DNA from: Eledone cirrhosa
Taxonomy: Eukaryota
Assembly: GCA_964016885.1 (NCBI GenBank)
Contig: OZ024742.1
Coordinates: 265,794,001-265,858,000 of the forward strand
Direction: 5' to 3'
DNA length: 64,000 nucleotides
Part shown: piece after piece, positions 58,645-64,000 of the stretch
How the letters are laid out: each line of letters starts with the position of its first letter
Numbering within the stretch: position 1 is the first letter of the stretch
The notes under the pieces: model-generated
Told to the model about the DNA's origin: nothing
Database searches by the model: none
The model's input: only the letters and a program-made list of their open reading frames with translations
Position numbers and translations under genes: made by a program

Positions 58645-60107
58645 TTAAAATAACAGATTAAAGTTTAAGCAAAGAATCGCTGCTTTCACCCTTAACGGGA
58701 TCTTCTGAAACTAACAAAGTCAATCTGTAAACGCAGAAGTGGATATTTCAAAAAACGTTGCAACCGGAGGAAGACAGGAAGACGATACTTTGGTTCGTGG
58801 TAACGTTCGCTGGCAAAGAACGGGAAAAAACGAATAATACGTCATTAATAGGAGCGGTGAAAAACAATTACGCGCAAAGACAGAACCACGTTTATGGTAT
58901 AAAAGAGGTCGTAGACTAATGTTCTCTTAGGTGGTGCATAGAGACGTTCTCTGGCAATGAACGAAAAAACGAAGATAATAAGTCATATGTGGATCGTGGA
59001 GAACAATAGCACGCAAAGACAAAACCACGTAAATGGTATAGCAGAAGTCGTAGACTAAAATTCTAACTAGGAGACCAAATGAATCTCCGCTACAGAGTTA
59101 AGAACAAAGTAAATAAATACTTTACAGAAGTAATAGAAACAAATAAATACATACACGCAAACAGATACGTACATACACAAGTATACGCAAAACCTTACCA
59201 TAGGTATACAAAACCACGCACATATAAATATGTGTGTGTGTGTATGCTTGTGTACAAATAAATAAATAACTATATAAACGTATATAAGTAAATAAATACG
59301 TATATAACAAGCGCACACGCATACCTACATATAAATACACGAATGTTCGGAGACGTAAGTCAACTAAAACAAGAGGTACACATATACACACACCCACCAT
59401 ACGTACGAACCTGCATCCTCACGCAGACGCAAAACTCCCGTATACACATAGCCAAACCCTAAATACCAGAATATGTAAAAATGATACGCCATAACAGTCA
59501 AATATACGTACGGGAAGGTATACATACCTTCACAAAACATACGGCTAATATATACTTACCTATGCAAATAAGTAAAGGAATAAACAAAACATATACTTAG
59601 CTCCCACACCAAGACGTAAAATATCCACGTATAGATCGTGCTATCCGTTAGGGTATAACGTGGGGCTGTAATACAGGAAAGTTTTGTGCAATTTATGTTT
59701 ACAAGCCGAAATTGCCTCAGATTTTTTGTTTAAGATGTGGTCTGTGGCGTAGAATATTTCCAGGACCTCAGCGGCGCAGAGGTCACATGGTCTTTTATTT
59801 CTGTTATACGATCTAGCCCTAGCTAGGATCTCCCAGTGTAACTTATATTGGGTGTGGTTGTCTTTTAGACTCCAGATATAAGCTGAAAGTGACGTCATAT
59901 TCCTTCTTAGAGGGTAACGAAAAGAATGGGTATGCATGTAAAGACGCTGCTTGAAACTATTGACGGTTAACCCTATGTAGGCCCTACGGGACGTGGGTGT
60001 TACAACCTTACATTTGTAGACAATGTTACTAGAGAGGCATTTCCCGGATAGGGGGCAATCAGCCCGATTCCTACAATTACAGTTAGTACTAACTACAGGG
60101 TTGCATG
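58645..60107 (-). mobile_element. 5'-truncated PLE family 2 copy (intact GIY-YIG domain + 3' region)
   Basis: ORF 59641-60180 CNCRNRADCPLSGKCL...YIGLT...PCDLCAAE...LNKKSE; paralogous to 49230-50600. Confidence 0.9.
58661..58714 (-). ncRNA. Variant hammerhead-like motif at the PLE family 2 terminus
   Basis: Minus strand reads AGUUU-CAGAAGA-uCCCguuaaGGGu-GAA-AGCA-gcgauucuu-UGCU-U-AAACU. Confidence 0.55.
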
Positions 60108-60701
60108 TATATATTATATATATACATGATGGCTGCCCCTCGTTAGCGAGTACGGCCATTGCACGATATACCATTATCAATTAATTCTATCGTGCAATGC
60201 CTGTGCGAGAAGATATTTTTTAAAGTGAGGAAAGACTGTGAACTGAGCCAATCCCACTCTCTCAGCGACAGTAGTTATAACCCGAAAAGAAGAAAAGATC
60301 AACATCATCGGTAACTACTGAGCCGCAGGTTTTATATCGGAGTTATCCCAGTTTCCTGAGTTGCCTTCTCCTAGAAGAATTCTCTGGCAAAGGCTAGGTG
60401 GTCCTTCACTCCCAGTGGTTTAACTGCGTGATCGGGTGTCCAGTCCGACTATTTCTATGTCCCCGCGCATATACACATATACATACATATGTACATGAGT
60501 ATATACATATTTACACACTTTAGGATGGACGTTGACTCTTATGAATTTTTCCGCCCTTTGTTAGGTTTTGTTTTTTCTCCTGCAGGGTGTCCAAAATCAC
60601 CCTCCTCACAAGTAAACTTGGTGGGGTTGCCGGTTTAGTCGCCGACGACCCGACCATGAGATAGGTTGTATGTATATAAATATATATATATATGCAGGTA
60701 A

Positions 60702-60804
<103 letters not shown>

Positions 60805-60922
60805 TATATATGTATGATATGTATGTATTATATATGTATTATATATATATATATATGTTTATATATATATACCTATATATATATATATATATATATTTAC
60901 CTACATATATATATTTATATAC

Positions 60923-61035
<113 letters not shown>

Positions 61036-61169
61036 AGTAAGTATGTTTTGAAACAGTGAGCAAGTTTGAAATTAGAAATAGAATAGCTTTCACCGTATTT
61101 TTGACTAAAGAAATTTTAGGCTGCTAATGGGGTTTAGAACCCTCAGATAAATGGAAAATGATGAGTGTT

Positions 61170-61231
61170 GACGTAATAGGAGTCGAACCCACATCTTTGG
61201 TTATCCAGACCACTGTGCTACCATTACACCA
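61170..61231 (-). pseudogene. tRNA-derived fragment (SINE head or tRNA pseudogene)
   Basis: The reverse complement has A box TGGTGTAATGG, B box GGTTCGACTCC and a D-arm/anticodon-like stem; no acceptor stem. Confidence 0.55.
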
Positions 61232-61383
61232 ATATATATTGGTATATATATATATATATCGGCCTGCCCGCCCAGCCAGTGGGATGGCGTTATCTTATGG
61301 CTAAAACAGTACAACGTGCTGTGACCAGCGGCGCCGATTGGCGCCCGACAGACTGGTCGGTCAAGGTGATATATATATATATA

Positions 61384-61473
<90 letters not shown>

Positions 61474-61835
61474 TAGATATATATAGATATATTTATTTTA
61501 GTATTCATTTATTGTGAATCACGCTACTGAAGCATTAAAAATGACTGATAATGTTCACACAAACAAGCTCACATACACACGCACACACAAACACGCTCAC
61601 ATATACACGCACACACAAACAAGCTCACATACACACGCACACACGCACGCACTCATCGCGCAACCCACAAATAAGGAAGCACGCCAGCTCAGTAAAATCA
61701 AGTCAGATGTTAGATCGTCTGATTGAACATCCAATCAACTGGCGTTAGAGGAGCATTTCTACATAAGGTGATCACACAGAGATGTACGATCTATCATTTG
61801 ACAAATGTCGAGTACAATTTACCGTTAATAATAAT

Positions 61836-61890
61836 AATTCTTTCTACTTTAGGCACAAGGCCAGCAACAACCCAGTACATTACTGGCACT
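61836..61890 (-). mobile_element. 3' stub of SINE family A
   Basis: tttctactttaggcacaaggccagcaa...ccagtacattactgg. Confidence 0.65.
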
Positions 61891-61895
61891 TGATT

Positions 61896-61931
<36 letters not shown>

Positions 61932-62599
61932 TGTTTGTGTTTGTGGGAATTTGTGTGTGCACATGTGTGTACGTGTGTAGGCGAAACGTCAACAGGGAAA
62001 GTCAACGGGAGAACTGTTGACTTTCCCGGCTGCATCTAGCCTCCTTCTCATTAATAACGAAAAACAGTGTTATGAAAGATCAGACTCACTACCCAGTGTA
62101 TGCTTCCATGCAAATTTCGGAATTGTCTCCCTTCCTTGTCATGAACGAATATTATTGTTCTTTTCAATGCGGATACAATTTGAATTTGTTAAATATTTAA
62201 GTCAGCACATTACATTAAGTATGTTAACACTAAAATCGGAAAGACAGCAGCCCGTCTGAGGAAGGAGCCCCGCAAGGTAGGTGGCTGTTGTAGCGGTTGT
62301 TGCCGATCATTGCCTACGGCAATGCCTTTGCCATTTTGTCCACGAGGCGCAGCCGAAGCACCACTCTGACTTAGGTGTAGAGTCTGTCATCCTCTCCCCT
62401 TCCCTTTTCTCTCGTTGCTTAACAATCCTAGGCCATTTCCTCCCTCGTGTGTTTTTTTCCTAATGTACTTTGTCATTATGCGATATATTTATAATAATTT
62501 TATATTTTTTATTTATCGTCTGCCGCCAATACTTAAAGTTTCTTAGCCATGCCTTCTACAATAAAAACACATTGTTATGTGTAATCTAACATTCCTATA

Positions 62600-64000
62600 T
62601 GCCTTGCTCTGGATACATTTACCGGACGAACAAACCTTATATGAGTAAGAGATGACCGAAGCTGTACCGGTTCTCTGATTTTCATTCCAGCCATGCATCA
62701 AATCTACCAAGTGCAAGAGATCAACTTCTGTCGAATTAAGTAACACCATGTCGTCTGCAAATTCCAGCCGATTTATTTTACACCAGCTAGTCATGATTCC
62801 TCTTCCAGCCCGGCTGAGCATATCAATCTTGTTCATGTAAATAATTGTTTCTACTTTTTGGCACAAAGCCAGCAATTACCCAGTACATTACTGGTACTTT
62901 ATTTTATCGACCCCGTAAGGATGAAAGGCAAAGTTGACCTCGGCGGGATTTGAACTCAAAATGGAAAGGGCTGTAACTCTATGCGTCTAAGCATGACGTC
63001 CGGCCCTCTACCGATACTGCCAATCCACGTGACAGTACGCACCCTTGGCGGATTTCGACTCCCCCATGGTTTCGATTTAGCACCATTTATCCGAACACAA
63101 ATACTCAGGCATTTGTATAGAGACTTCAGGGCAGCAAGAAACTGACCATAGATCCCATACTCTTGCAAAACCTTCCGCAGCAAGTACCAGGGAACGTGGC
63201 CATGTCTTTTCAAGGTCGACAAAACAGAAATATACCTTTTAGCAGAAGTCCCCCGAATTCTCGAAGACCTGACGCAATGTAAATATTTGGTCGGCTGTAC
63301 TGCGTCCGGAGTGCAAACCGCACTATTCATCAGCTGGCTTGGACTCGACAATCTCCCTGCATCTCTTTGCCAGACATTTAGCATAGACTTTACCGAGGAG
63401 GCTTAACAAAGAGATCCCTCTGTAATTAGAACAATCTCTCTTGTCTCCCTTCTTGAAAACTGGGATTATCACTCCCGATTGCCATTGCTTAGGTACCTTT
63501 CCAGAGTTCCAGGCCACTCGACAAACACGAGCCAGCCAGAGAATGCCTTCTCAATTTAAGGCTTTTAACATCTCGTGCTAGGTTCCATATTCCACAGCAG
63601 CCTTGCCACATTTGAGTTCGTTAACTGCTCTGGTAACCTCAGCCTCTGAGAGATTAATCACCGCTCCCAAATGCACCTCGTATACATCAGAAGATGCTGT
63701 TGTGACACGGTTTAGGAGATCAGCAAATTATTTTCTCTACCTCGCGAAGATACACTTCTCTGAAGAGAAGAGAACCCCAGACACGTCCTATATAGCAGGT
63801 GTGGAGGAGGGCTTCTTATTACAAAGTCTATGGATGGTCTGTCAGAACACTTTATTTGCTGATCTGAAGTCGGATTCCCGCTTAATCCCAAATATTTCTC
63901 ATGTCTTAACTTTGGACACATTTACTATCTCTGCTGCAGTTTTTTGTGCCTGCTTATACCGCAAGTGCAAGCAGGAAACATATTTCCAAGCTAAGTTTTG
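62600..64000 (-). mobile_element. Decayed RTE-like LINE (RT region), continuing beyond the window
   Basis: WQSGVIIPVFKKGDKRDCSNYRGISLLS (63323-63517), VLQEYGI..Q.L.ALKSLY (~63100-63180) and LEFADDMVLL (~62740-62770); multiple frameshifts. Confidence 0.85.
62841..63028 (-). mobile_element. SINE family A inserted into the LINE
   Basis: Close match to 32423-32605. Confidence 0.85.

Noticed and set aside
60125-60670. Probable LINE UTR-type repeat fragments
   Set aside because: No coding motif and no second copy in the window, so the identity cannot be supported.
61170-61231. Functional tRNA gene
   Set aside because: No acceptor stem; 5' side runs into (TA)n.

Overview
Eukaryotic, repeat-dominated DNA with no recognisable host protein-coding gene. 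The SINE/LINE repertoire and the abundant (TA)n/(CA)n tracts suggest a cephalopod such as Octopus (inference, not verified). Bases 1-~25,480 are one giant degenerate 12-mer tandem array, (ACCACTACCATC)n, with kb-scale internal duplications and shared 1-nt register shifts; the long ORFs listed there are by-products of the repeat. Bases ~25,500-64,000 are AT-rich and packed with decayed mobile elements: RTE-type LINE fragments (one with an intact RT plus a PHD-type finger), at least three Penelope-like element (PLE) families (RT/GIY-YIG), a mariner relic, two head-to-tail Helitron-like elements, a TGT...ACA/ATAT-TSD (Ginger-like) MITE, and many tRNA-derived SINEs. The most interesting signal is a set of about ten hammerhead-ribozyme-like motifs read by eye. 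Three have very long stem II insertions with palindromic stem III, one has a compensatory U3-A8 core, and one PLE family shares a CAGAAGA core variant across its copies. There is also a two-copy family of long GC-rich hairpin elements sitting in (TA)n, and one candidate 120-bp exon. Boundaries of decayed elements are approximate.
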